A DNA stretch of 36,704 nucleotides from positions 1 through 36,704 of the forward strand of contig RPQK01000001.1 of NCBI GenBank assembly GCA_003819755.1, written 5' to 3'. Source of the stretch: Acidobacteriota bacterium. Lineage in GTDB: Bacteria > Acidobacteriota > UBA6911 > RPQK01. The translations under genes and the position numbers were made by a program. The notes beneath the pieces are model-generated. The model was not told the DNA's origin, made no database searches, and worked only from the letters and a program-made list of their open reading frames with translations. How positions within the stretch are numbered: position 1 is the stretch's first letter; every line of letters starts with the position of its first letter. Shown piece after piece: positions 10,317 through 19,975 of this stretch.

Positions 10317-11582
10317 CTAGTGAAGTATATCAGTTAGCTTGTTCAAAGCAGCGTTGATTTTCGGGTTTGTCAACCGCAACTGTTCGATTTTACGGATTGA
10401 ATGAATCACCGTGGTGTGGTGTTTGCCCCCGAATTCCCGCCCGATGTCCGAGAGAGAACAATGGAGCAGATCGCGGCAAAGGAACATGGCAATTTGTCGC
10501 GGCTCGGCGATCCGTTTGGCATTGCTCTTGTTTTTAAGATCGGCTGGCTTAAGGTTGAAGAATTCCGCCACGGTCTTCACGACCATGTCCGTCGTTAGAA
10601 TGCGGGTGTTCTGGTCGACGATTCCCTTCAGAACACGTTCAGCAAACGGCAAGGTAATCTCCTGACCTGCCAGGCTTCGAAAAGCCACGAGGCGTATGAG
10701 AGACCCTTCCAGCTCACGAATATTCGATTTGATGTTGGTGGCGATGAAGAGGGCTACGTCGTCGGGTAGTACCACCTTCTCCTGTTCCGCTTTCTTTCTG
10801 AGGATGGCAAGTTTCGTTTCGAGATCAGGCGGTTGAATATCAGCAATAAGTCCCCATTCAAACCGGCTGTGGAGCCGCTCCTCCAGCGTGGGGATCTCCT
10901 TGGGGGCCGAGTCGCTTGAAATGACTATTTGCTTCTGGGCGTCATACAGGGCGTTGAAGGTATGAAAAAACTCCTCTTGAGTCCGTTCCTTGCCCGCCAG
11001 AAACTCTATGTCGTCCATGAGCAGGACGTCAATGTTCCTGTAGTTTTCCCTGAACTGCAGGGTCGTGTCGTAGCGGATGGCATTGATTAGATCGTTAACG
11101 AACCGCTCAGAGGAGATGTAGAGCAACCGGAGGCTTGGTTGATTCCTCTTGATAGCGTGGCCGATAGCGTGCATCAGATGGGTTTTCCCGAGCCCTGCAC
11201 CACCGTAGATAAAGAGCGGGTTATAGGCTTTGGAGGGTTGCTCGGCCACCGCCTGGCACGCCGCGTGGGCAAACTGGTTGCAGGATCCGACGACAAACCG
11301 ATCGAAGGTGTACTTATTGTTCAGCGCGGCGCAATGCCCGTTGGGTGGTGTAACAAACGTGATTTCGTAGCCGCACAACCCCGCCTCTTCCAAGCACTGC
11401 TTAACCACGTCGCCGTAATTCTCTTCCAGCCAGTACTGATATCTTTGATTTGGAACTCGGATATCTAACCGGCAGCGTGCGGAATCGCACTTATCGAGCG
11501 AGGTGGCCCGGAACCAAGTATCGAAAACCTGTGAAGATACCCGGTTTTGCACCAGCGCCAACAGTTGGTCCCAGACGTTCAT
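10317..11582 (-). CDS. dnaA: chromosomal replication initiator DnaA
   Basis: Walker [38 protein letters not shown]-terminal DNA-binding signature [37 protein letters not shown] start at ATG 11582 ([24 protein letters not shown]). The track extends to 11681, but that extension runs through the DnaA-box cluster. Confidence 0.96.
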   Translation of the reverse strand: MNVWDQLLALVQNRVSSQVFDTWFRATSLDKCDSARCRLDIRVPNQRYQYWLEENYGDVVKQCLEEAGLCGYEITFVTPPNGHCAALNNKYTFDRFVVGSCNQFAHAACQAVAEQPSKAYNPLFIYGGAGLGKTHLMHAIGHAIKRNQPSLRLLYISSERFVNDLINAIRYDTTLQFRENYRNIDVLLMDDIEFLAGKERTQEEFFHTFNALYDAQKQIVISSDSAPKEIPTLEERLHSRFEWGLIADIQPPDLETKLAILRKKAEQEKVVLPDDVALFIATNIKSNIRELEGSLIRLVAFRSLAGQEITLPFAERVLKGIVDQNTRILTTDMVVKTVAEFFNLKPADLKNKSNAKRIAEPRQIAMFLCRDLLHCSLSDIGREFGGKHHTTVIHSIRKIEQLRLTNPKINAALNKLTDILH

Positions 11583-11643
11583 ACGCAGTTGTTCCACCCA
11601 ACAATCCGCACCATGAAAAGACGGGCTGTCCATTCCAGCCCCG

Positions 11644-11675
11644 ATTTCCACAGCAATTTCCACACGTGTGGAAAT
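11644..11675. promoter_or_regulatory. cluster of three ATTTCCACA DnaA-box-like sites, two of them forming a perfect 20-bp palindrome
   Basis: ATTTCCACA at 11644-11652 and 11656-11664, TGTGGAAAT at 11667-11675. ATTTCCACACGTGTGGAAAT (11656-11675) is a perfect palindrome. The cluster lies 62-93 bp upstream of the dnaA ATG. Confidence 0.6.
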
Positions 11676-12098
11676 CCTCACTGTTTGTCACTATTGACAG
11701 ACGATCAGCCTGCCGACACCGTAACATGAGGTCGTGAGGTAGCTAAACAGTTTTCTTCCCAACCGGCCGCCTTTGGGCGCCCAAACCCAGAAGAAACGTC
11801 GAAGCGGTGCCAGCTTAGCTGACCTATCCTCAGCCGCTTTTTGAGACTTCGTTATGCTCCTCCGATATTTTCTTTGCCCAAGGCTACTTCTGATGAAGAT
11901 GAGAGTCGGGCCGTTTTTAACCGTCGGAGACCTCCGTTCCCAAAAAGAGGTTTTGACTGTTTTGGCCGTTTTCATCTCCACCGAATCGGTTGACCTCAGC
12001 CGAAAGCTTGGTGAGCTTGGACAAGGGTAGAACAGGTGTCGGACTCACGCAAGCGACCCGCTTAGCAGGCGGGTCTGACATTGGAGGTCTGTTTGGTG

Positions 12099-12629
12099 CT
12101 ACCTGGCCGGAGAAGGACCGGAGGCCGCATCTCGGCTCGGGAAGGGGTGCTGGCTCAGATATTCGCGCAGGCGGGCGTAGGTAGTCTTGAGATCTTCAGG
12201 AATCGTTCGCGTTTGCCCGATCACACCGACGAAATTTGAATCGCCCTGCCAGCGGGGAACAACGTGGAGATGGAGGTGACCGGCTACGCCGGCGCCGGCA
12301 CTTTTGCCCAAGTTGAATCCGATATTGAACCCGTCGGGGCGATACAGGGTCTCGAGTGCAAGCTGAAAATCGCGCGCTGTCAGAATCAATTCTTCAAGCT
12401 CGCCCGGTTGGGCGTCGCTCAGGGAAGGGATATGACGTCGGGCCACCACCATGAGGTGGCCCGACGTGTAGGGAAACCGGTTAAGGATCACGAAACTGTG
12501 CGACCCTCTCGTCAGGATGAGGTTGTGCTCGTCTCGATCCTCCTCCTGAAAGGCGCAAAAGATACATCGGTCGGACTTTTCAGCCGAGGTGATGAAGTGA
12601 TAGCGCCAAGGGGTCCACAAGTGATCCAT
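12099..12629 (-). CDS. HIT-family protein, Ap4A phosphorylase / ATP adenylyltransferase-like branch
   Basis: N-terminal LWTPWRYHFI, CIFC, NRFPYTSGHLMVVARRH and histidine triad GHLHLHVVPRW. Confidence 0.85.
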   Translation of the reverse strand: MDHLWTPWRYHFITSAEKSDRCIFCAFQEEDRDEHNLILTRGSHSFVILNRFPYTSGHLMVVARRHIPSLSDAQPGELEELILTARDFQLALETLYRPDGFNIGFNLGKSAGAGVAGHLHLHVVPRWQGDSNFVGVIGQTRTIPEDLKTTYARLREYLSQHPFPSRDAASGPSPAR

Positions 12630-12905
12630 TTAGGAGTTAATCAGTTCTTTGAGCTCCTTGCCCGGTTTGAAGTAGGGGACCCTCTTCGCGGGTACTTGGA
12701 CCTTCTCTCCCGTCTTTGGATTGCGCCCATGACGGGAGGCCCGCTCACGCAACCGGAAGCTTCCGAAGCCGCGCAGTTCGACCTTGTCCCCGGATTTCAG
12801 GGAATCGACAATGCTGTCCAGCACGATCTGCACGATAACTTCCGCGTCCTTCTTGCTGAGATCCGAACTCTTGGAAACTTCATCGACTAAGTCAGCTTTG
12901 GTCAT
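12630..12905 (-). CDS. HU/IHF-family nucleoid-associated DNA-binding protein
   Basis: 91 aa. MTKADLVDEV...VELRGFGSFRLRERASRHGRNPKTGEKVQVPAKRVPYFKPGKELK. Its start overlaps the rpsA stop by 14 nt, and its stop TAA directly abuts the HIT ATG. Confidence 0.9.
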   Translation of the reverse strand: MTKADLVDEVSKSSDLSKKDAEVIVQIVLDSIVDSLKSGDKVELRGFGSFRLRERASRHGRNPKTGEKVQVPAKRVPYFKPGKELKELINS

Positions 12906-14703
12906 CTTCGTTCCCTCTACCTCGAGATTTTCGCTTGAACTGGTCCAACTGTCCGCCTACCAAGTCACCGATCGAGGCCGTTCCCACTTCAGGAGTATAG
13001 GTCCAACCCCGGTCTGACTCCGGGTCCTCCTTCAGAGCTCGGACCGAAAGTCCGATTTTGCGTTCCAGGAGATTCATCTTGATGATCTTCAGATCCAACT
13101 CCTGGCCCACCTGGAACTGCGTCTCGGGGTCCTCGACACGCTTGTCGTCCAGCTCGGAGACGTGGCACAGGCCTTCGATGCCTTCGGTCAGCTCCACAAA
13201 AGCTCCAAAGCTCGTGAGCCGCACGATCTTGCCATGGACCATGTCGCCAATCTGGTGCTGGGAGAAAAACTCCTCCCACTTGTCCGGTTCGAGCTGCTTG
13301 ATCCCCAGCGAAAGCCGCTGGTTCTCGGCGTCGACGTTCAAGACGACAGCCGTGACTTCCTGTCCCTTTTTAAGGACCTCCGAGGGGTGCTTGATCTTCT
13401 TAGTCCAACTCAGGTCCGAAACATGAACCAACCCATCGACACCTTCCTCGACTTCGATGAAAGCGCCGAAATCGGTCAGGTTCCGAACCTTCCCCGTGAC
13501 TATCGAGTTGATCGCGTACTTCTCTTCGATCGTATCCCACGGATTTGGTTCTGTTTGTTTCAGCCCTAAAGATATTCTCCTGTTTTCCGGGTCAAGTTCC
13601 AAGACCGCAGCTTCAACCTCGGAGCCGATGCTCAGAATCTTCGATGGATGCTTGATCCTCTTGTTCCAGGTCATCTCCGAAATGTGGATCAGGCCTTCGA
13701 TACCTTCCTCGAGCTCCACAAAAGCGCCGTAATCAGTCAGGCTGACCACCTTGGCTTTTACACGCGCGCCCCTCGGATAGCGGGACGCCGCTGAGAACCA
13801 GGGATCCTCGGTCAATTGCTTGTAACCGAGCGAAACCTTCTCTTCCAAGCGGTCAAACTTCAAGACCTTGACCTTGATTTCATCGCCGACCTTGAAAAGA
13901 TCGGAGGGGTGGTTGACCCGCCCCCAAGACATATCGGTAATATGAAGGAGGCCGTCAATACCGCCCAGATCCACAAAGGCTCCGTAGTCGGTAATGTTCT
14001 TGACGACACCTTTTACTTCCATCCCTTCTTCGAGATTCTTGAGGGTCTCCTCTTTGGCCTTGTAGTACTCCTCTTCGAGGACGGCCTTGCGCGACAGGAC
14101 GATATTGCCGCGGCGTTTGTTGACCTTGATAACTCGCATCCTCAGCTCGGCCCCCCGCAGACTGTCCAGGTTGCGGACCGGGTGAAGATCGACCTGAGAA
14201 CCGGGCAGGAAGGCCCGGACGCCAATGTCAACCGCCAGACCACCTTTGATGCGCTCGATCACGCGGCCGGTGATGACCGACTGGTCCTGGTAGGCCTTTT
14301 CAATGAAATCCCAGATCTTCATCCTCTCGGCTTTTTCCCGGGAGAGGACGATGTATCCGTCGCGGTCTTCGGTGCTTTCGAGCAGCACATCGACCTTGTC
14401 GCCGGACTTGACGTTGATGACGCCCTTTTCGTCTCGGAATTCATCGAGGGGTATGACGCCTTCGGACTTGAAGCCAACGTCGATAATGACTGTTGATTCG
14501 GTCACCTTAATAACGGTTCCGGTGATCACTTCTCCTTCTTCAAGATTCTTGAAGCTATAGTTGTACGCCTGCAAGAGAGAATCGTAATCCATCTCCGTGG
14601 CATCCGGCCCGGCCGGCGCAGGCCCTGAGGCCTGGGATCCGTGGGAGACCGTACGATGCTTCTGGCTCCCTTGCATTTTGCTTTGGTCTGCAGCTAACGA
14701 CAT
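12892..14703 (-). CDS. rpsA: 30S ribosomal protein S1 (six S1 domains, about 40-aa low-complexity N-terminal extension)
   Basis: Six repeats of the G.V..(I/L)TDFGAFV.L..G(I/V)(D/E)GL.H.S(E/D) pattern. AGGAGG lies 11 nt before ATG 14703. Confidence 0.95.
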   Translation of the reverse strand: MSLAADQSKMQGSQKHRTVSHGSQASGPAPAGPDATEMDYDSLLQAYNYSFKNLEEGEVITGTVIKVTESTVIIDVGFKSEGVIPLDEFRDEKGVINVKSGDKVDVLLESTEDRDGYIVLSREKAERMKIWDFIEKAYQDQSVITGRVIERIKGGLAVDIGVRAFLPGSQVDLHPVRNLDSLRGAELRMRVIKVNKRRGNIVLSRKAVLEEEYYKAKEETLKNLEEGMEVKGVVKNITDYGAFVDLGGIDGLLHITDMSWGRVNHPSDLFKVGDEIKVKVLKFDRLEEKVSLGYKQLTEDPWFSAASRYPRGARVKAKVVSLTDYGAFVELEEGIEGLIHISEMTWNKRIKHPSKILSIGSEVEAAVLELDPENRRISLGLKQTEPNPWDTIEEKYAINSIVTGKVRNLTDFGAFIEVEEGVDGLVHVSDLSWTKKIKHPSEVLKKGQEVTAVVLNVDAENQRLSLGIKQLEPDKWEEFFSQHQIGDMVHGKIVRLTSFGAFVELTEGIEGLCHVSELDDKRVEDPETQFQVGQELDLKIIKMNLLERKIGLSVRALKEDPESDRGWTYTPEVGTASIGDLVGGQLDQFKRKSRGRGNEDDQS

Positions 14704-15098
14704 TCTGGTTGAAACCTCCTGACACTCTTTCTAATCTTTTGTATTGCGGTAAATAAAAACATCCGGGACAGGGGCAGGTAAAGACCTCTGCTCCAGGCCC
14801 GGGTGAAAAGATCCAATGACAATGCTGGATTTAGGTGGTCGGAAAACGGGAACAGTACTCCAGACAGCACTCCAAACGGCGACTGAAAATAAGACAATTT
14901 GAAGAACTTCCCTTTTCGCTGAAATCTGAAGCATTTGTTATACGACGTTGTTGAAGGGTTTGTCAAGGCACCGTCGGCCGGAACGGCCGGAACGGATTCC
15001 ACTCTCCCTGACGATCTGGTAAACTACCTCGTCGCGGACACCCTCATGGTGTCCCTGTTCTTTTATGGAAGATTCTCTAGAAAGGAAGGAAAGGCACG

Positions 15099-15320
15099 AT
15101 GAAAGAAGGAATTCATCCTAAGTACGAGGTGGTCAAAGTCCACTGCGCTTGTGGAAACGAATGGGAGACCCGTTCGACCAAAGGCGGTGAGATCCGCCTG
15201 GAGATCTGTTCCAATTGCCACCCGTTCTTTACCGGGAAGCAGAAGCTGATTGACACGGCCGGACGCGTCGAGCGCTTCCAGAGGAAATACGGCCAGCAGG
15301 GAGCCAAGGCGAAAGGTTAA
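15099..15320 (+). CDS. rpmE: 50S ribosomal protein L31 (Cys-containing, zinc-type)
   Basis: [49 protein letters not shown]. Confidence 0.95.
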   Translation: MKEGIHPKYEVVKVHCACGNEWETRSTKGGEIRLEICSNCHPFFTGKQKLIDTAGRVERFQRKYGQQGAKAKG

Positions 15321-15329
15321 ACCGCAGGG

Positions 15330-16418
15330 ATGTTTGAAAAACTGCAGGCGCTCGAGGACAGATACGAGGATCTATCCGGGTTACTCGGGGATCCAAGTGT
15401 GATCTCGAGCCCCGATAGGTATCATAAGACCGCCAAAGCGCACGCCGAACTTCAGGACATCGTCGATAAGTTCCGCGTCTACAAATCGCTCTCAAGACAG
15501 CTGGCAGGAACCAGACGGATTCTGGAGGAAGAGAACGATCCGGAAATGGTGGAGCTGGCTCGGGAAGAGGTACGCGACCTTGAGGAGCGGCTGGGCGAGA
15601 CCGAGGAACAGCTCAGGTTGCTGCTAATTCCCAAGGATCCTAACGACAGGAAGAGCGTGGTGGTCGAAATCCGCGCGGGCACGGGTGGCGATGAGGCGTC
15701 GCTGTTTGCCTCGGAAATCTTTCGCATGTATGGCCGCTATGCGGAGCGTCAGCGCTGGAAAGTCGAGGTGCTGGACGCTCACTACTCCGGTGTCGGTGGC
15801 TTTAAGGAAGTCATCGCCCTGGTGGAGGGACAGGATGTTTATAGCCGTCTGAAATATGAGAGCGGCGTGCATCGGGTCCAGCGTGTGCCGGAGACCGAAG
15901 CCCAGGGCCGCGTCCACACGTCCGCCATCACGGTGTCCGTTCTCCCCGAGGCAGACGAGGTAGAACTGGTTATCGATCCGAAAGATATCCGTATAGATAC
16001 CTACTGCTCTTCGGGTCCAGGCGGCCAGTCAGTCAACACGACCTACTCGGCTGTTCGGATCACCCACATTCCGACCGGCGAAGTCGTCACGTGTCAGGAC
16101 GAGAAATCCCAGATTAAGAATAAGGCTAAAGCCCTTAAGGTCCTGCGATCGCGTCTGTACGAGAAGGCTCTCGAGGAACAACAGAACGAAATTGCCGAGA
16201 ACCGGCGGTCGATGGTGAAGAGCGGTGATCGCAGCGAGAAGATCCGCACGTATAACTTTCCGCAGAACCGCGTCACCGACCATCGGATCGGACTGAGCCT
16301 GCACCGGCTCGACTCCGTCATGGAGGGTGATCTGGACGAAATCATCGACGCTCTCACTACTCACAACCAGGCGGAGGCCCTGAAGAATCAGGGCCAGGTG
16401 CCCCACCCCACATCCTAA
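15330..16418 (+). CDS. prfA: peptide chain release factor 1
   Basis: 362 aa. RVPETE(AQ)GRVHTS (RF1-type P.T tripeptide) and [12 protein letters not shown] (GGQ). Confidence 0.97.
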   Translation: MFEKLQALEDRYEDLSGLLGDPSVISSPDRYHKTAKAHAELQDIVDKFRVYKSLSRQLAGTRRILEEENDPEMVELAREEVRDLEERLGETEEQLRLLLIPKDPNDRKSVVVEIRAGTGGDEASLFASEIFRMYGRYAERQRWKVEVLDAHYSGVGGFKEVIALVEGQDVYSRLKYESGVHRVQRVPETEAQGRVHTSAITVSVLPEADEVELVIDPKDIRIDTYCSSGPGGQSVNTTYSAVRITHIPTGEVVTCQDEKSQIKNKAKALKVLRSRLYEKALEEQQNEIAENRRSMVKSGDRSEKIRTYNFPQNRVTDHRIGLSLHRLDSVMEGDLDEIIDALTTHNQAEALKNQGQVPHPTS

Positions 16419-16489
16419 CCAGTCAGGTGGAACCCGTTCGCAGTCCCTAACGGACTTGCCCAGCTTCCTTTAGGACTCTTGATGCTTCC

Positions 16490-17362
16490 ATGAAAGACAA
16501 GCCACCCACACTCGGCGACGCCATCCGTCAGGGGACCGAATATCTGGCTTCCCACGGTCTGGAGACCGCGCGGCGTGACACCGAGCTTCTGGCGATGAAC
16601 GCGATCGGAAGGGATCGTGCCTTTCTCTACTCCCACCCGGAATGGCCGGTGCCGGAGGAGCAATGGCAGAAACTGCAACAGTGGCTCGGACGACGCAAGG
16701 ACCGTTACCCGATTCAGTACCTGGTTGGTTCTCAGGAGTTCTACGGACGAACCTTCCTGGTTGATCCCTCGGTCCTGATCCCCCGGCCTGAGACCGAACT
16801 GCTCATCGAGACCAGCCTCCGGCTGATCCCGGATAGGCAAGACGCAAGGGTGGTGGATATCGGAACCGGGTCGGGCTGCATCGCTGTTACATTGGCCTGC
16901 GAGAGGCCATTGCTTCGGGCCACTGCCATCGACATCTCCGAGGAGGCTCTCCGAGTTGCGCGCGAGAACGCCAGGCGTCTGGGCTGTGCCGAGAGAATCG
17001 AATTCGTGCAAGGCGACCTCTTGAAGCCGTTTGAGTCTTCGGGGAGGAAGTTCGACTTGATCCTCTCCAACCCGCCATACGGCGCCGACGAGTCACCCGA
17101 AGTGGAGTATTCGGTCAGAACCTTCGAGCCCCAGGAGGCGGTTTTCGCAGGGCCGACTGGTCTCGAAATATATGAAGGGATTCTGCGGGGCAGCGCGGCC
17201 GTTCTTCACTCATCCGGTCGGCTTGTGCTCGAGATTGGATACAGTCAGTTGGCTGGCCTGACAGCCCTGGCCAAACAAAACGGCTGGACGCTGCTGGAGT
17301 GTCGCAACGACCTGGCCGGAATCCCCCGCTGTGCGGTGTTAAGGAAGGGAGCAGGAATCTGA
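16490..17362 (+). CDS. prmC: release-factor glutamine N5-methyltransferase
   Basis: 290 aa. VDIGTGSGCIA SAM motif, SNPPY catalytic motif, and its position directly after prfA. Confidence 0.92.
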   Translation: MKDKPPTLGDAIRQGTEYLASHGLETARRDTELLAMNAIGRDRAFLYSHPEWPVPEEQWQKLQQWLGRRKDRYPIQYLVGSQEFYGRTFLVDPSVLIPRPETELLIETSLRLIPDRQDARVVDIGTGSGCIAVTLACERPLLRATAIDISEEALRVARENARRLGCAERIEFVQGDLLKPFESSGRKFDLILSNPPYGADESPEVEYSVRTFEPQEAVFAGPTGLEIYEGILRGSAAVLHSSGRLVLEIGYSQLAGLTALAKQNGWTLLECRNDLAGIPRCAVLRKGAGI

Positions 17363-17398
17363 ACAGGGCCGCCAGCGCGGCGCTGGCGGCCCTGTTCA
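17360..17398. terminator. 39-nt GC-rich near-perfect palindrome that includes the prmC stop codon (terminator-like, no U tract)
   Basis: TGAACAGGGCCGCCAGCGC g GCGCTGGCGGCCCTGTTCA. Confidence 0.4.
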
Positions 17399-17423
17399 GT
17401 CTGGCTGCAGGTACAATCACCAT

Positions 17424-17765
17424 ATGGACGACTGCCTGTTTTGCCGAATTGTGAGGCGGGAAAGCCCGGCGCGGCTGGTCAAAGAAGATGATCTGGCCTT
17501 GGCCTTCCGGGACACTAACCCGCAGGCGCCTACGCACATCCTGATCATCCCCAAAGCGCACATCCAGTCGATTGACGCCGCCCGGCCGGAGGACGAACCA
17601 GTACTGGGGCGGCTCCTGTTGATGGCCCAGGTGATCGCGCGGGAGGAAGGGATCGTCGGAGGCTATCGGCTGGTCTTCAACAACGGCCGGGGTGCTGGTC
17701 AGACAGTTTTCCATATTCATCTCCACCTGCTCGGTGGACGGCCGTTCCGCTGGCCGCCCGGCTAG
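17424..17765 (+). CDS. HIT-family nucleotide-binding protein (HinT-like)
   Basis: 113 aa. CLFCRIV, RDTNPQAPTHILIIPK and histidine triad QTVFHIHLHLLGG. Confidence 0.9.
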   Translation: MDDCLFCRIVRRESPARLVKEDDLALAFRDTNPQAPTHILIIPKAHIQSIDAARPEDEPVLGRLLLMAQVIAREEGIVGGYRLVFNNGRGAGQTVFHIHLHLLGGRPFRWPPG

Positions 17766-17818
17766 CTGGGACTGAGCCAGACCGGCAAGGGCCGAGAGGT
17801 GATATTCTGTGAGGCTAT

Positions 17819-18367
17819 ATGCAAGAGCTGATCCGCGAGTTGCTGACCAGGCTGGGTGAGGACCCGCAAAGGGAAGGACTGCTCCACACTCCAACACGCG
17901 TCGAGAAAGCTCTCGCCTACTTGACTCGCGGGTATCAGGAGGATCTGGACGAGTTACTGAACGGCGCCCTCTTCTCGGTCGAATACGACGAGATGGTCAT
18001 CGTCAGGAACATTGAGTTTTACAGTCTCTGCGAACACCACCTGCTGCCTTTTTACGGGGTCTGCCACGTTGGCTATCTGCCCTCCACGCGGGTCATCGGC
18101 CTGAGCAAGATCCCCCGAATCGTCGACACCTTCGCACGCAGGCTCCAGGTGCAGGAACGTCTGACGCAGCAGATCGCGGAGACTATCGAACGCAAGATTG
18201 AGCCTGCCGGCGTCGCCGTTGTCATGGAGGCTCAACATCTGTGCATGATGATGCGCGGTGTGCAGAAGCAGGATACCCGGATGATCACTTCGTCCATGCT
18301 CGGACGGTTTCGCAAGGATCCGCGGTCGCGGATGGAGTTCCTGAGCCTGATCAAGAGAGGGGAGTGA
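17819..18367 (+). CDS. folE: GTP cyclohydrolase I
   Basis: 182 aa. [37 protein letters not shown] and [12 protein letters not shown]. Confidence 0.95.
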   Translation: MQELIRELLTRLGEDPQREGLLHTPTRVEKALAYLTRGYQEDLDELLNGALFSVEYDEMVIVRNIEFYSLCEHHLLPFYGVCHVGYLPSTRVIGLSKIPRIVDTFARRLQVQERLTQQIAETIERKIEPAGVAVVMEAQHLCMMMRGVQKQDTRMITSSMLGRFRKDPRSRMEFLSLIKRGE

Positions 18368-18370
18368 AGG

Positions 18371-19876
18371 ATGAAGGATGAAGGCAGAAGGATGGAGTCA
18401 GCTGCAGGGTCGCCGGGCGTCAGATTTCGCTTCATCCTTGGTCCTTCAGTTGTCCTGGGCATTCTTCTGTCGTTCACCGGAATAATGCCCGCCCAGGAGA
18501 CTCAGACTCCTCCCAGAACACAGGAGAATCCGCAGCGCGACCAGCGAATCCTGGTCGATGTGAACCTCGTAACCCTCCGTTTCACGATCCGGGACCAGCA
18601 AGGCCGCTTTCTCAATACGCTCACCCGCGACCAGTTCCGGGTTTTTGAGAACCAGGAGCAGAAAGAGATGGCGTTCTTCGAGGCGCCATCGAACAAAGGT
18701 GCGACCCAGGCGGGGCCACTCTTTCTGGCGTTCCTGCTTGACGTGAGCGGCAGCACCTTCGCCACTCGCTCCGAGGAGATCATTGCCGCTCAGACCTTTT
18801 TCGACAACATCCACCAGGTGACTCAGCTCGGGATCTTCGGCTTCACCGACAAGCTTATTCCTTTCCAGGATTTCACCTCGGAGCGGGGGCCGGCCCTGAA
18901 AGCTTTTGCGGAGGCGAGGCAACACCTCGGCCAGACCGCAATCTACGATTCGCTTTCCCAGTTGATGGACCGGATGGGCAATCGAGCCAAGCAGTCAGAT
19001 CGCAAGGTAGTAATCCTGGTCTCGGACGCCATGGACAAGGCGTACGCGAAATGGCGCGCGCTCGCCGCGAAGGCGAAGTCAAACAATATTACTATCTACA
19101 CGATCCTGGTTCCGTCCGCGGCACAGCTTTATATCGGGAACGCGGCCGACAGTGAAGCGTTGCCGAGCCAGGCACTCAAAGCCGGTCAGGAGGAGGCGTT
19201 TGCCAGGTTGGCTTTGGACTCCGGCGGCAAGAGCTTTGCCGGGTTCGAGACTATCCTTGATTTCGATCAGACCCTGGCTCAAATCGACGACGACATTTAC
19301 GGCAATCTTTATTCGGTCGGGTTCTACACCGATAACCCCTACCTCGACAAAACCGAGAGGCAGATCCGGGTAGAGACGTTACAGCAGGGGGCAAAAGTCT
19401 CCGCTTTGTTCCAGAATCTCCCCGAACGTCTGAGTCAAAAGAAGAAGTACATTTCGGCGCTTTTTGATGCCGGCTCCTTGTCTCGGTTGTCGGAAGCCAC
19501 CGGCCTGCAGTTCGAAGAAATCGGGGCGGAGCTTGACGTCTTGCCCTCGGACCGCGAAGGAGGACAGCTCGGCCTGCCTTTTCGAATCAAGATCAGTCCC
19601 TTCTCCCTGCGCGGTTCGCGCAAGGAGGGAGTCCGCACTCAGTTCGGGATCATCGGCCTGCTGCTGGATCGGCAGGGGCGGGAGGTTGTCCGCCTCAGAG
19701 AGTTCTTCAGGGCGTCGCTGAGTCCTAAGGAGATCGAGGTGGGACGGGCCATTATCTACACGAACAAGTTATTCGCCCCACCCGGCCGCTACGATCTTCG
19801 CCTGGCCGTTTTGGAGCTCGCTAGCTGGCGAGTGACGGCCTTCCAGAGCCCGGTAGAGATTGTGGAAAACCGGTAA
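18371..19876 (+). CDS. secreted VWA-domain protein (VWFA-related acidobacterial-type)
   Basis: Signal-like RFRFILGPSVVLGILLSFTGIMPAQE. The N-terminal LVTLRFTIRDQQGRFLNTLTRDQFRVFENQEQ module is followed by FLLDVSGS (MIDAS DxSxS) and a VILVSD strand. The alternative in-frame ATG 18392 is also possible. Confidence 0.72.
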   Translation: MKDEGRRMESAAGSPGVRFRFILGPSVVLGILLSFTGIMPAQETQTPPRTQENPQRDQRILVDVNLVTLRFTIRDQQGRFLNTLTRDQFRVFENQEQKEMAFFEAPSNKGATQAGPLFLAFLLDVSGSTFATRSEEIIAAQTFFDNIHQVTQLGIFGFTDKLIPFQDFTSERGPALKAFAEARQHLGQTAIYDSLSQLMDRMGNRAKQSDRKVVILVSDAMDKAYAKWRALAAKAKSNNITIYTILVPSAAQLYIGNAADSEALPSQALKAGQEEAFARLALDSGGKSFAGFETILDFDQTLAQIDDDIYGNLYSVGFYTDNPYLDKTERQIRVETLQQGAKVSALFQNLPERLSQKKKYISALFDAGSLSRLSEATGLQFEEIGAELDVLPSDREGGQLGLPFRIKISPFSLRGSRKEGVRTQFGIIGLLLDRQGREVVRLREFFRASLSPKEIEVGRAIIYTNKLFAPPGRYDLRLAVLELASWRVTAFQSPVEIVENR

Positions 19877-19877
19877 C

Positions 19878-19975
19878 GACAGGGACAAAGGGGTAAAGGG
19901 AAAAGCAGGCCGACTAGTTTTGTTTTGCAGGTTTTCCCTCTGCCCCTTTCATCCTTTGATCCTTTGCCCCTGTTT
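19878..19975. repeat. imperfect inverted repeat of (A/G)AAGGG / CCCTTT-type short units between convergent genes
   Basis: ACAGGGACAAAGGGGTAAAGGGAAAA ... TTTTCCCTCTGCCCCTTTCATCCTTTGATCCTTTGCCCCTGT. The right arm encodes the C-terminal tail of the 19914..20639 ORF. Confidence 0.6.

Noticed and set aside
11583-11681. 33-codon N-terminal extension of dnaA given by the ORF track
   Set aside because: The extension ([24 protein letters not shown]...) is encoded by the DnaA-box palindrome region. The typical DnaA N-terminus (W..L...V....F.TWF) begins right after ATG 11582.
11691-11981. 96-aa basic ORF upstream of dnaA (considered as rpmH/L34 or a small DNA-binding protein)
   Set aside because: It has no match to the L34 pattern (MKRT.QPS...HGFR.RM...GR..L..RR.KGR) in any frame. 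Third codon positions are not GC-biased as in neighbouring genes (many AAA, ACA, AGA, ATA, CAA, TCA codons). GGAG abuts the ATG with no spacing. I treat it as non-coding origin or promoter DNA.
12055-12075. GACCCGC-n7-GCGGGTC hairpin downstream of the HIT gene as an intrinsic terminator
   Set aside because: It has only a 7-bp stem and no U tract on the transcribed strand, so it is too weak to call.
12090-12150. ggtgctacctggccggagaaggaccggagg, a faint resemblance to the SRP (4.5S) RNA conserved GGUCCGGAAGGAAGCAGCC region
   Set aside because: The conserved helix-8 motif is not actually present, and the stretch lies within the 3' end of the HIT-family ORF. No convincing flanking helix was seen.
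18364-19975. VWA gene flanked by inverted AAGGAT-type repeats, read as a mobile cassette
   Set aside because: The upstream units have a 7-nt period and the downstream units an 8-nt period, and they share only a 6-mer. The similarity is too short and low-complexity to infer terminal inverted repeats.
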